DNA of 64,000 nt, taken from positions 14,560-78,559 of the forward strand of contig JALHMQ010000018.1 of the NCBI GenBank assembly GCA_022843955.1, given 5' to 3'. The notes under the pieces are model-generated. The model was not told where the DNA came from. It saw only the letters and a list, made by a program, of their open reading frames with translations, and made no database searches. A program made the position numbers and the translations under genes. Numbering within the stretch: the first letter of the stretch is position 1; every line of letters starts with the position of its first letter. The DNA is from Burkholderiaceae bacterium. GTDB lineage: Bacteria; Pseudomonadota; Gammaproteobacteria; Burkholderiales; Burkholderiaceae_F. Below, in pieces: positions 56,733-64,000 of this stretch.

Positions 56733-57386
56733 TCAGCCGCCGCCGGCGCTGCGTGCTGCGCTCGGCCCGGCCACCGGAGCGAACTTCTCGGGCCGCGGGT
56801 CGGCGATGAAGCCATCGCGGTTCGGCATCCGCACCGCTGCCAGGCTCTGCGCATCGAGCGTGGTATCGGCCGGCACGATGTTGGCACGCGACAGCACGTA
56901 GGCGCTGACGGCGTACACCTCGTCGTCGGTCAGCGTGCCCGGTGCATCCATCGGCATCGCGCGCTTGATGTAGTCCCACAGGGTGGTGGCATACGGCCAG
57001 TAGCTTTCGACCGTCTTGACCGGCGCCTTGCCCGGATCGCGGTTGACCAGGCTGCCGCGCCCGCCGATCAGGCGATCGCCGATGCTGCCCTCCAGGTTGA
57101 TGCCGTGGCAGGCCAGGCAGCGCTGCTGATACAGCGCCTGCCCCTGCGCCACGCTGCCGCGTCCGGCGGGCAGGCCGCGTCCGTCCGGCAGCGGCGAGCG
57201 AAACGCCGCCAGTTCGGACGGCGTCGCCAGGGTGCCGAAGCCGTAGGTCATCTCGGCAGGCGTTGTCGCGCTGGCATTCGTCGCCGCCGCAGCAGGCCCG
57301 CCGTCCGGCACGGCGCAGCCGGCCAGCGCCAGGGACATCGCACTGCAGGCAAGGCCCCGGGCAAGGCACCGAGAACGGCCAAGCAT
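56733..57386 (-). CDS. Monoheme cytochrome c subunit of a SoxCD/SorAB-type sulfite dehydrogenase (SoxD-like)
   Basis: This is the tail of ORF 56733..57662. The ATG at 57386 gives MLGRSRCLARGLACSAMSLALAGC.. (signal/lipobox-like). It has a single CLACH heme motif and lies 4 nt downstream of the SoxC-like gene. Confidence 0.8.
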   Translation of the reverse strand: MLGRSRCLARGLACSAMSLALAGCAVPDGGPAAAATNASATTPAEMTYGFGTLATPSELAAFRSPLPDGRGLPAGRGSVAQGQALYQQRCLACHGINLEGSIGDRLIGGRGSLVNRDPGKAPVKTVESYWPYATTLWDYIKRAMPMDAPGTLTDDEVYAVSAYVLSRANIVPADTTLDAQSLAAVRMPNRDGFIADPRPEKFAPVAGPSAARSAGGG

Positions 57387-57390
57387 TGCA

Positions 57391-58667
57391 CTAGGCGATC
57401 TGCACATTGGTGACCTTTCCATCCGCGCCGACCTGCCAGCTCTGGATCGCATTGAGGTGATAGATCGAGCCCACCGGTCCGTTGAGACCGCGCACCGCCA
57501 CCAACTGGGCGAGCGTGGGCTGCAGGTAGCCGGTGTCGTCCGTGCATCGACTCTGCAGCACGGTGGTCTTGCCATCCCAGCGCCAGGGAAAGCGAAAGCG
57601 CGTATGGCAGATCGGCAGCACCGGCCCGTCGAGCGCGGCCGGTTGCCAGCGGCGGCCGCCATCGGTGGAGACCTCGACGCGCTTGATCGTGCCGCGCCCC
57701 GACCAGGCGATGCCGGTCACCTCGTGAAACCCGGGCTCGGTCAGCGTCATGCCCCCGGACGGGGATGTGATCACCGACTTGGCCTCCATTTCGAAACTGA
57801 ACTGGCGGGCGCGACCATCGGGCAGCAAGTCGGTGTACTTCGAGGTCTCCTCGCGGGTCATGAATGGCATGTCGGCCACCTCCAGCCGCCGCAACCACTT
57901 GATGTGCATGTTCCCTTCGAAGCCAGGCACGATCAGGCGCAACGGATAACCCTGCTCGGGGCGGATCGCCTCGCCGTTCTGTTCGTAGGCGAGGAAGCAA
58001 TCCTTCATCGCCTTGTCTATCGGGATGCTGCGCGTCATCGCCGCGCCGTCGGCGCCTTCCGCCAGCACCCAGCGTGCACCGCCGCGCACGCCGGCCTCGT
58101 TGAGCAAAGTGGCCAGCCGCACCCCGGTCCACTCCGACGTCGAGGTCAGCCCATGGGTCTGCTGCACCGTCGGCAGCGTCGGCTTCGACCATTCGGTCAA
58201 CGTGTTGCCCGAGCACTCGATGAACATGATGCGTGACAGCGCCGGGTAGCGCCGCAACTGCGCCATCGCAAACTTGCTCGGCTGTCGCACCATGCCATGC
58301 AGGAACAGGACGTGCCGCGACGGATCGTCACCGGCGTACCGGCGTGGCTGCGCTCGAAGTGCAGCCCCGATGGCGTGATGATCCCGTGACCCTGCGCCAG
58401 CGGCGTGAAGGTCCACGACGACTGATCGGTGGACGTCTTGTCATACCGGACCCGCACTTCGGTCTCGAACTGCGACCGGGTGCCGTAGCCGCCGTCCTGG
58501 CCCATCGGCACGCCGGGGACCTTGCTCGGATCGGGGGGCACCTCGCGCTTGACCGATCCCGGCGGAGTTGCCTGTGCCGCGCTGCTGCTGGCCCACGCAG
58601 CCGCCGTCGCCGCCAGCGAACCACCGACGAAGCGGCGTCGCGATGCCTGGTTGAATTTGCCCTGCAT
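57391..58667 (-). pseudogene. soxC: SoxC/SorA-family molybdopterin sulfite (sulfane) dehydrogenase, interrupted by a single-nucleotide frameshift in this sequence
   Basis: The N-terminal part is in ORF 58197..58991, from the ATG at 58667 after AAGGAG ([26 protein letters not shown], a Tat signal; ..GIITPSGLHFERSHAGTP). The rest is in ORF 57391..58416 in a different frame (DDPSRHVLFLHGMVRQPSKFAMAQLRRYPALSRIMFIECSGNT .. ETSKYTDLLPDGRAR..). The two parts join collinearly with Paracoccus SoxC only if one nt is added near 58329-58332. The total length of 1277 nt is not a multiple of 3. Confidence 0.75.
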
Positions 58668-58884
58668 ATCCACGCTCCTTGCGCCGGAAAGCGCGGCGCA
58701 GCCACAAACGCGGCAAGTAGCGCGCCGTGCCACACAACCGATTCGTGGCGTTCGAGCCACGCGAGTGCCATCTGCGCCGGGGTACCGCGCAATCGCGTCG
58801 GCACTTCGCTCGGCATCGACCTTGCTTCGCGTTAACGTGTTGCACCGCGGTGTCGCGGGTGGACAGTTGAACGGGACGAGGCGT

Positions 58885-59772
58885 ATGAACCAGGAACAAC
58901 GCGAGCAGATGCGCGCCGGCAAGGGCTTCATTGCGGCGCTCGACCAAAGCGGCGGCAGCACGCCAAAGGCGCTCAAGCTGTACGGCATCAACGAGGATGC
59001 CTACACCAACGAGACGCAGATGTTCGACCGCATGCACGAGATGCGCACGCGCATCATCGTCAGTCCGGCATTCAACGGCGAGCGGATCATCGGCGCCATC
59101 CTGTTCGAAGGCACCATGGACCGCGCGATCGCCGGCCAGGGCAGCGCCGCCTACCTGTGGTCGGTCAAGCGCGTGGTGCCGATCCTGAAGGTGGACAAGG
59201 GACTCGCCGAGGAAGCCAACGGCGTGCAGCTGATGAAGCCGATCACCGGCCTCGACGCTCTGCTCGTGCGTGCCCGCGACAAGGGTGTGTTCGGTACCAA
59301 GATGCGCTCGGTCATCAAGCGCGCCGACCGCACCGGCATCGACGCCGTGGTCGAACAGCAGTTCGCCGTCGGACGGCAGATTCTCGCTGCCGGGCTGGTG
59401 CCGATCATCGAGCCCGAGATCGACATCCGCAGCCCGGACAAGGCGGCATGCGAGGCGCTGCTGCGCAGCGCACTGCTGACCCACCTGGGGTCACTGCCCG
59501 AGGGGCAGGAAGTGATGCTCAAGCTCACGCTGCCCGAAGAGGACGACTTTTACCGCGAGCTGGTCGTGCATCCGCGCGTCTTGCGCGTGGTGGCACTGTC
59601 GGGCGGCTACAGCCGCGACGAAGCCAACGCCCGCCTGGCGCGCCAGCACGGGGTCATCGCCAGCTTCTCGCGTGCGCTCACCGAAGCCCTGCACGCGGAC
59701 CAGAGCAAAGAGGCGTTCGACGCGTCGCTCGACGCGACGGTGCAGAGCATCTACGAGGCGTCGTTGACGTAG
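58885..59772 (+). CDS. Class I fructose-bisphosphate aldolase
   Basis: This is the tail of ORF 58522..59772. The ATG at 58885 gives [34 protein letters not shown].. (295 aa), typical of the bacterial class I FBA family, with the Schiff-base region VPILKVDKG. Confidence 0.88.
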   Translation: MNQEQREQMRAGKGFIAALDQSGGSTPKALKLYGINEDAYTNETQMFDRMHEMRTRIIVSPAFNGERIIGAILFEGTMDRAIAGQGSAAYLWSVKRVVPILKVDKGLAEEANGVQLMKPITGLDALLVRARDKGVFGTKMRSVIKRADRTGIDAVVEQQFAVGRQILAAGLVPIIEPEIDIRSPDKAACEALLRSALLTHLGSLPEGQEVMLKLTLPEEDDFYRELVVHPRVLRVVALSGGYSRDEANARLARQHGVIASFSRALTEALHADQSKEAFDASLDATVQSIYEASLT

Positions 59773-59940
59773 GTCGGCACCGCCACGCCAAGGCGCCGAC
59801 CAGACGCGCTTCAGGCACCGCCGCCTGCGCGCTGGGCGCTCGCACACCAAGCGCAAGGCGGCCACAGCGGAGCAAGGCAGTACGGCGGCACCGTGCGCTT
59901 GGGTATGAATCACTGACCCAAGCGCCACGAACACCGCATC

Positions 59941-61422
59941 TCAGAACGAGGCGTTCGCGCAGATCAGCACCAGCCGGATATCGGCGAAGACGTTCTCGAT
60001 CGCCGCCGACTCGTTGCCATGGATGCTCCACCACGTTTCCTTCGCCATCGTGATCCGGTTGCGCGGGTTGTCCCACAGCTTCGGGTCGAGCCATTCGACC
60101 CAGCCCTTGACCGTGGTGACATCGGAGTGCACACCTACCGCAAGCGCCTTCTTGCCGGACGGACACACGAGCTTCATGTCGGCGTTCTCGCGCGCGCGCA
60201 GTTGCGTGCGCGGGGTGCTCATCACCTGGCGGCCAGGAATCGCCGCTGTGGCTGCGCACACCGCATACGCCTCAACGTTGCGCGTGCCGAACGCGCCGTC
60301 GTTGCGGAAGTGGCCGACCCAGACGTTGCCGTCCAGCGAGGGCGAGCTGACCGGGGTATAGACGCTGAGGTCCGACTGCGTGCCGCCGCCGATCAACACG
60401 TGGCCGACGGGGCAGCCGACTTCCAGCCGAACGCGCTGGAAGGGATTCAGGGTGCGCGCGTCGCGCACGATCTGGTAACCCGCGGGCCGATCAATGCAGA
60501 TGGCCGCCACACCCGCCGGCGAGGCTACGCTCAGCAGCGGGTTCTCGATCTTGTGGATCAAGCCTCTGCCGTCCGCCGTCGGCGCGGTGCCAAGCGTGAC
60601 GGACTTGTCTTCGAGCACGCTCCTGAGTCGTTCGCGTGCCGAGCCGGTGGTGAACCGGCCGTCGGGGCAGGCGGTGACGTGCGACCCGACCTGGTTCGCC
60701 AGCACCATCGTGCCGCCCTCGGCACGGGCGTAGAGCCAGCGCGTGATCGAGGTCGGGGCCGCCGGCGGTGCGGCGGCGGGTGCCGGCGCTGGCGCTGGCG
60801 CGGGTGCTGGCGCTGGCGCGGGCGCTGGTGCGGGCGCTGGCGCGGGCGGCACGACCAGGGTGCCGGCCGCAATCATCGGCGTAACCGGTTGCACCACGGC
60901 CGGCGCGGGTGCAAGCGGCTGAGGCGCGGTCGGCTGGATCACCTGCCGCTCGGGGTGCGGCCGCGGCAAGCCTCCTCCCGGCAGCGGTCGCAGGGGGCGC
61001 AGCGGTGCGGTGGCCGTCTGCGCAGCGCAGGGCGCCAAGCAAGACACCGTACCGGCCTGCGGCACCTGGGTCAGAGAGCCACCCAGCAGGGCGCAGTTTG
61101 ACGCCTGCGGGGCCGGCAGAAATTGGCCTCGGCTCGGCAGTCGGCCGGCGATGCCGGCGGAGAACGTCCACCCCGTGCAGCCCGAGGTCGCGCTGCAACG
61201 CGACTGGCATTCAGCCGGGGTTGCCGCCTGCAACGTGGCGATGACCGAACCTCGCAGCGCGGTTTCTGCCAGCATGGGCGGAACAACGGCGCCGACAGGC
61301 GCGGGTTGCGCCCAGGCCGCCGTGATGGGCAGCAGCCCGACCAGCCATAGCGCAACACGCAGGACGCGGGACCCACGCCGCCGCCTGCCCGAACCCGCTC
61401 GAAGACTCGTATCCATTCGCAA
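59941..61422 (-). CDS. Hypothetical secreted protein: signal peptide, PAN/Apple-like domain, (Pro-Ala)n linker, and three Cys-bracketed modules
   Basis: 493-aa ORF. It has the signal peptide ..VLRVALWLVGLLPITAAWAQP and a PAN-like Cys pattern AATPAECQSRCSATSGCTGWTF..NCALL. The linker is PPAPAPAPAPAPAPAPAPAPAPAPAAAPPAAP. The C-terminal roughly 270 aa carry three repeats of CPxG ...(50-75 aa)... (I/V)C(I/A). I do not recognise the family for the C-terminal part. Confidence 0.7.
   Translation of the reverse strand: MRMDTSLRAGSGRRRRGSRVLRVALWLVGLLPITAAWAQPAPVGAVVPPMLAETALRGSVIATLQAATPAECQSRCSATSGCTGWTFSAGIAGRLPSRGQFLPAPQASNCALLGGSLTQVPQAGTVSCLAPCAAQTATAPLRPLRPLPGGGLPRPHPERQVIQPTAPQPLAPAPAVVQPVTPMIAAGTLVVPPAPAPAPAPAPAPAPAPAPAPAPAAAPPAAPTSITRWLYARAEGGTMVLANQVGSHVTACPDGRFTTGSARERLRSVLEDKSVTLGTAPTADGRGLIHKIENPLLSVASPAGVAAICIDRPAGYQIVRDARTLNPFQRVRLEVGCPVGHVLIGGGTQSDLSVYTPVSSPSLDGNVWVGHFRNDGAFGTRNVEAYAVCAATAAIPGRQVMSTPRTQLRARENADMKLVCPSGKKALAVGVHSDVTTVKGWVEWLDPKLWDNPRNRITMAKETWWSIHGNESAAIENVFADIRLVLICANASF
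60779..60848. repeat. Hexanucleotide tandem repeat (GGYGCN)n encoding the (Pro-Ala)n linker
   Basis: The plus strand reads ..GGTGCCGGCGCTGGCGCTGGCGCGGGTGCTGGCGCTGGCGCGGGCGCTGGTGCGGGCGCTGGCGCGGGCGG.., with 6-nt periodicity inside the 493-aa CDS. Confidence 0.85.
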
Positions 61423-61905
61423 CTCTCCCCGCGTAACCGTTGACGGACGGGAACACAGCGCCCCCGCGACCGGCCAGCACTGCGCGCGTACACACGATTG
61501 GGTTACCGCTGTACGGGCTGCCAGACGGAGGTGATTGGACGACGGCGAGCGTTATGGCGGCGTTATGGCGGCCGGGGTCGCCGTCAGCCACCCCGACGCA
61601 GCAACGCTGCCAGCGGGCAAAGGGGATCAGCGCAGGACTGCGCGCCGGCGCCAAAGTCGCGGCCTCAGCGAGTTGCAGCGGGCGTCGCCGCCCATCGATC
61701 AGCGTGACGCTCGTCGTCGAGCATGCAGACCAGCATGTCGTCGGCACCGTGGCGAGCGCGATAAGCGCGATCCACGCCCCCCTCGGCGCCCTGAACCGCC
61801 CGAGTCCACCGGCTTGGCTGGTTCAGTGATCGGGATCCGACACCCCAGCCGCGCTGGGGTTCTCTTGGGTCACGAAGCGATGGCCGTAGACGCGGACAGG
61901 TTCGC

Positions 61906-62331
61906 TCAGCCGTCGAACGTGACCAGTACCGACTTCGCCGAACGCTGCGCCGGTCCGTGATACACGGTCTCGATGTTGTTGCCGTCGGGGTCGAGCACGA
62001 AGGCGCCGTAGTAGCCGGGATGGTAGGGACGCAGGCCGGGGGCGCCGTGGTCGGTGCCGCCGGCGGCCATGCCGGCGGCGTGGAAGCGCTGCACCGTGGC
62101 TTCGTCCTGCGCCTGGAACGCCAAGTGGACGCGGGTGGCGCCGCGCGAGTGCTGGTCGGCGATGGAGACGAACAGTTCGTCTGACCAGAAGTAGCCGTCG
62201 CCCTCGCCCTCGATGCGGCGGCCGAGCGCGCCGAGCACCGCGGCGTAAAAGCGCTTGGCGCGCTCGATGTCTTCGACGATCAGGTGCACGTGATCGATCA
62301 GGCGGCCGCGGTGGATCTGATGGGTCTGCAT
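61906..62331 (-). CDS. VOC (glyoxalase/bleomycin-resistance/dioxygenase) family protein
   Basis: This is the tail of ORF 61906..62412. The ATG at 62331 gives MQTHQIHRGRLIDHVHLIVEDIERAKRFYAAVLGALG.. and ends ..AFVLDPDGNNIE. Confidence 0.85.
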   Translation of the reverse strand: MQTHQIHRGRLIDHVHLIVEDIERAKRFYAAVLGALGRRIEGEGDGYFWSDELFVSIADQHSRGATRVHLAFQAQDEATVQRFHAAGMAAGGTDHGAPGLRPYHPGYYGAFVLDPDGNNIETVYHGPAQRSAKSVLVTFDG

Positions 62332-62333
62332 GG

Positions 62334-62798
62334 CTACTTGGCGAACATCGCTTCCATGCGGCGCTGGCCTTCGGCCTCGGACACGTCTTCGGTGTGGGTG
62401 CCGAGCGACCACTGGAAGCCGAACGGGTCCTTCAAGGTCCCGGTGCGGTCGCCGTAAAACTGGTCTTCCACCGGCCGCACCTGCGTGCAGCCGGCATCGA
62501 TCGCGCGCTTGAAGGCGGCGTCCGCATCAGGCACGTACACCATGAACGACACCGGCGAGCCCCCCAGCAACTGTGGGCTCTGGTTGCCCCACTGCGGATT
62601 CTCCTCGGCCATCATGATGTGGCAGTCGCCGATCTTGACCTCCGCGTGCGCATACGAGCCGTCGGGCATCGTGAGCTTCATCGTCAGCTCGGCGCCGAAC
62701 GCACGCTGGTAGAACGCGACCGCGGCCACCGCATCGCGCACAGTGAGGTAAGAGGTGACGGTGTGATAACCGTCGGGCTTCCAGGGCACTGCGGGCAT
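62334..62798 (-). CDS. VOC family protein (PhnB-like)
   Basis: This is the tail of ORF 62334..63806. The ATG at 62798 follows GGGAGG (an alternative ATG lies at 62810). The product is MPAVPWKPDGYHTVTSYLTVRDAVAAVAFYQRAFGAE.., ..FYGDRTGTLKDPFGFQWSL. Confidence 0.85.
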   Translation of the reverse strand: MPAVPWKPDGYHTVTSYLTVRDAVAAVAFYQRAFGAELTMKLTMPDGSYAHAEVKIGDCHIMMAEENPQWGNQSPQLLGGSPVSFMVYVPDADAAFKRAIDAGCTQVRPVEDQFYGDRTGTLKDPFGFQWSLGTHTEDVSEAEGQRRMEAMFAK

Positions 62799-62824
62799 CT
62801 TGCCTCCCATCAAAGTTCGCCAGA

Positions 62825-63619
62825 TCAACCGGCCGCGGCCACCGCGCGACGCGCCAGTACCGGAATCAGGTGTGCGCGGTACTCGGCGCTGCCGTGCAAG
62901 TCGCCATTCAGATGGTCGGCCGCCACGGTCACGCCGTCGCAACTCTCGGGCGCCCACTTGGCATTGAGCCGGTCTTCCAGCGCCTTGACGCGGAACGCGC
63001 AATTGCCGGCACCGGTCACCGCCACGCGCACGCCACCCGCTGTCTTGGCAACGAACACACCCACGATGGCAAAGCGCGAGGCCGGCTGCTTGAACTTCAT
63101 GTAGGCGGCCTTCTCGGGCACCGGAAAGCTGGCGGCGGTGATGATCTCGCCCGGCCCAAGTGCCGTTTCGTACAGGCCTTTGAGCCACTGGTCGGCGGCG
63201 ATCTGCCGCGTGTTGGTGTGGATCGTGGCGTTCAGCCCGAGCGCGGCTGCCGGGTAGCAGGCGGCCGGATCGCTGTTGGCGAGCGAGCCGCCGATCGTGC
63301 CGCGGTTGCGCACCTGGCGATCGCCGATGCCTTCGGCCAGCTTGGCCAACGCAGGGATGCGCGAGCCGACGTCTTTGGACGCTGCGACCACGGCGTGGGT
63401 CGTCATGGCACCGATGCGGATCGCATTGCCATCGACGCGAATGCCCTGCAGGTCGAGGATGCCCGAGAGGTCGATGAACCCCTCGACGCTGAGCAGCCCG
63501 AGGCGCATCGACGGCAGGATCGACTGGCCGCCGGCAATCAGGCGATCGTCGCCGTGCTGGCCGAGCAGCTTGACCGCGTCGGCCACGCTGGTGGGGCGGT
63601 GGTAGTGGGTGTGATGCAT
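62825..63619 (-). CDS. Xanthine dehydrogenase/CO dehydrogenase family, FAD-binding medium subunit (CoxM-like)
   Basis: Lies in ORF 62825..63673. I moved the start to the ATG at 63619 after GGAGAC (MHHTHYHRPTSVADAVKLLGQHGDDRLIAGGQSILPSMRL..). It has the motifs RNRGTIGGSLAN and SAEYRAHL. Confidence 0.9.
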   Translation of the reverse strand: MHHTHYHRPTSVADAVKLLGQHGDDRLIAGGQSILPSMRLGLLSVEGFIDLSGILDLQGIRVDGNAIRIGAMTTHAVVAASKDVGSRIPALAKLAEGIGDRQVRNRGTIGGSLANSDPAACYPAAALGLNATIHTNTRQIAADQWLKGLYETALGPGEIITAASFPVPEKAAYMKFKQPASRFAIVGVFVAKTAGGVRVAVTGAGNCAFRVKALEDRLNAKWAPESCDGVTVAADHLNGDLHGSAEYRAHLIPVLARRAVAAAG

Positions 63620-63640
63620 GGAGGTCTCCGTCTTCTTGCT

Positions 63641-63715
63641 GTCGTCCCCGCGCAGGCGGGGACCCAGGGTCATTGGTCAGTGTTTGGGTGGATTCGCCGG
63701 GTTCCCGCGCGCGAA
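63641..63715. repeat. REP-like palindromic elements between the L and M subunit genes
   Basis: GTCGTCCCCGCGCAGGCGGGGACCCAGGGT (hairpin GTCCCCGC/GCGGGGAC) is followed by a degenerate copy GGTGGATTCGCCGGGTTCCCGCGCGCGAAC. These belong to the same family as the cluster at 51286-51474. Confidence 0.75.
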
Positions 63716-63726
63716 CGTCGCCGCGT

Positions 63727-64000
63727 TCAGGCCTTGCTCGCCCGCATCGCTTTCCACACGGTGAACGGCGAGACCGGCATCGGCACGTCGCGCACACCGA
63801 GCGCATCGGTGACCGCGTTCATCACCGCCGCCGGTGAGCCGATCGCGCCCGCCTCGCCGCAACCCTTCACGCCCAGTGGGTTGTGCGTGCACGGCGTGCC
63901 CTTGGCCGTCTCCACCGCGAAGTGCGGCAGGTCGTCGGCGCGCGGCATCGCGTAGTCCATGTACGAGCCGGTGACGAGCTGGCCGTCTTCGTTGTAGACG
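63727..64000 (-). CDS. Xanthine dehydrogenase/CO dehydrogenase family, molybdopterin-binding large subunit (CoxL-like). Only the C-terminal end is present; the 5' part lies beyond the window.
   Basis: The minus-strand frame is open to the window edge: ..[68 protein letters not shown].., the typical C-terminus of aldehyde oxidase/XDH large subunits. Confidence 0.88.
   Translation of the reverse strand, partial: VYNEDGQLVTGSYMDYAMPRADDLPHFAVETAKGTPCTHNPLGVKGCGEAGAIGSPAAVMNAVTDALGVRDVPMPVSPFTVWKAMRASKA

Noticed and set aside
57391-58416. Treating ORF 57391..58416 (start MDLHAAGAG..) as an intact, shorter molybdoenzyme gene
   Set aside because: Its first roughly 30 residues are out-of-frame read-through. 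The missing Tat signal and N-terminal domain are found in the adjacent frame (58197..58991), which indicates a frameshift rather than a genuine short gene.
61440-61829. 129-aa plus-strand ORF in the unassigned region
   Set aside because: It has a TTG start without an SD and no recognisable domain. Its third-position GC appears lower than in real genes here. I keep it only as a low-priority question under findings.

Overview
This is a GC-rich, densely coding chromosomal core region. Gene content, synteny and protein similarity point to a betaproteobacterium, probably Burkholderiales. I support about 70 CDS, one tRNA, several rho-independent terminators and three kinds of short repeats. I saw no rRNA, CRISPR, IS/transposase or prophage.

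Gene content in window order:
- Partial rhlE-like DEAD-box helicase, tRNA(CAU), and the macromolecular-synthesis operon rpsU-yqeY-dnaG-rpoD on the minus strand.
- tsaD, plsY, ybaK, xerD.
- Two tandem chalcone-isomerase-like genes coupled to ispH-fkpB.
- radC, rpmB-rpmG.
- A delta-9 desaturase, an MscS channel, rsmB-purN.
- ribF-ileS-lspA-coaBC-(hypothetical)-dut-acyltransferase.
- fccAB sulfide dehydrogenase, clpS-clpA, cspA-like gene, icd.
- Small secreted low-complexity proteins flanking a DUF192 gene.
- sodB, xseA, exbB-exbD-lpxK-ycaR-kdsB-(orphan SBP)-adk.
- A membrane H+-pyrophosphatase, a GNAT, a long CoA-transferase, an AEC transporter.
- CoxD/CoxE/CoxG-like accessory genes; a membrane LuxR plus DUF4199 pair; an SRPBCC protein.
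- fadH, SoxCD-like sulfite dehydrogenase genes (soxC is frameshifted as given), a class I aldolase.
- A 493-aa secreted protein of unknown function, two VOC genes, and the M and partial L subunits of a xanthine-dehydrogenase/CODH-family enzyme.

I do not see a clear novel multi-gene system such as a defence island. The most unusual items are:
- an H+-PPase carrying a C-terminal OmpA-like domain;
- a secreted PAN/Apple + (Pro-Ala)n + triple Cys-bracketed-module protein;
- a 13-bp tandem repeat array;
- REP-like palindromic clusters inserted inside cox-type operons;
- the soxC frameshift;
- CHI-like paralogs translationally coupled to ispH.

Many long ORFs in the track are antisense or shadow ORFs typical of high-GC DNA, and I rejected them.
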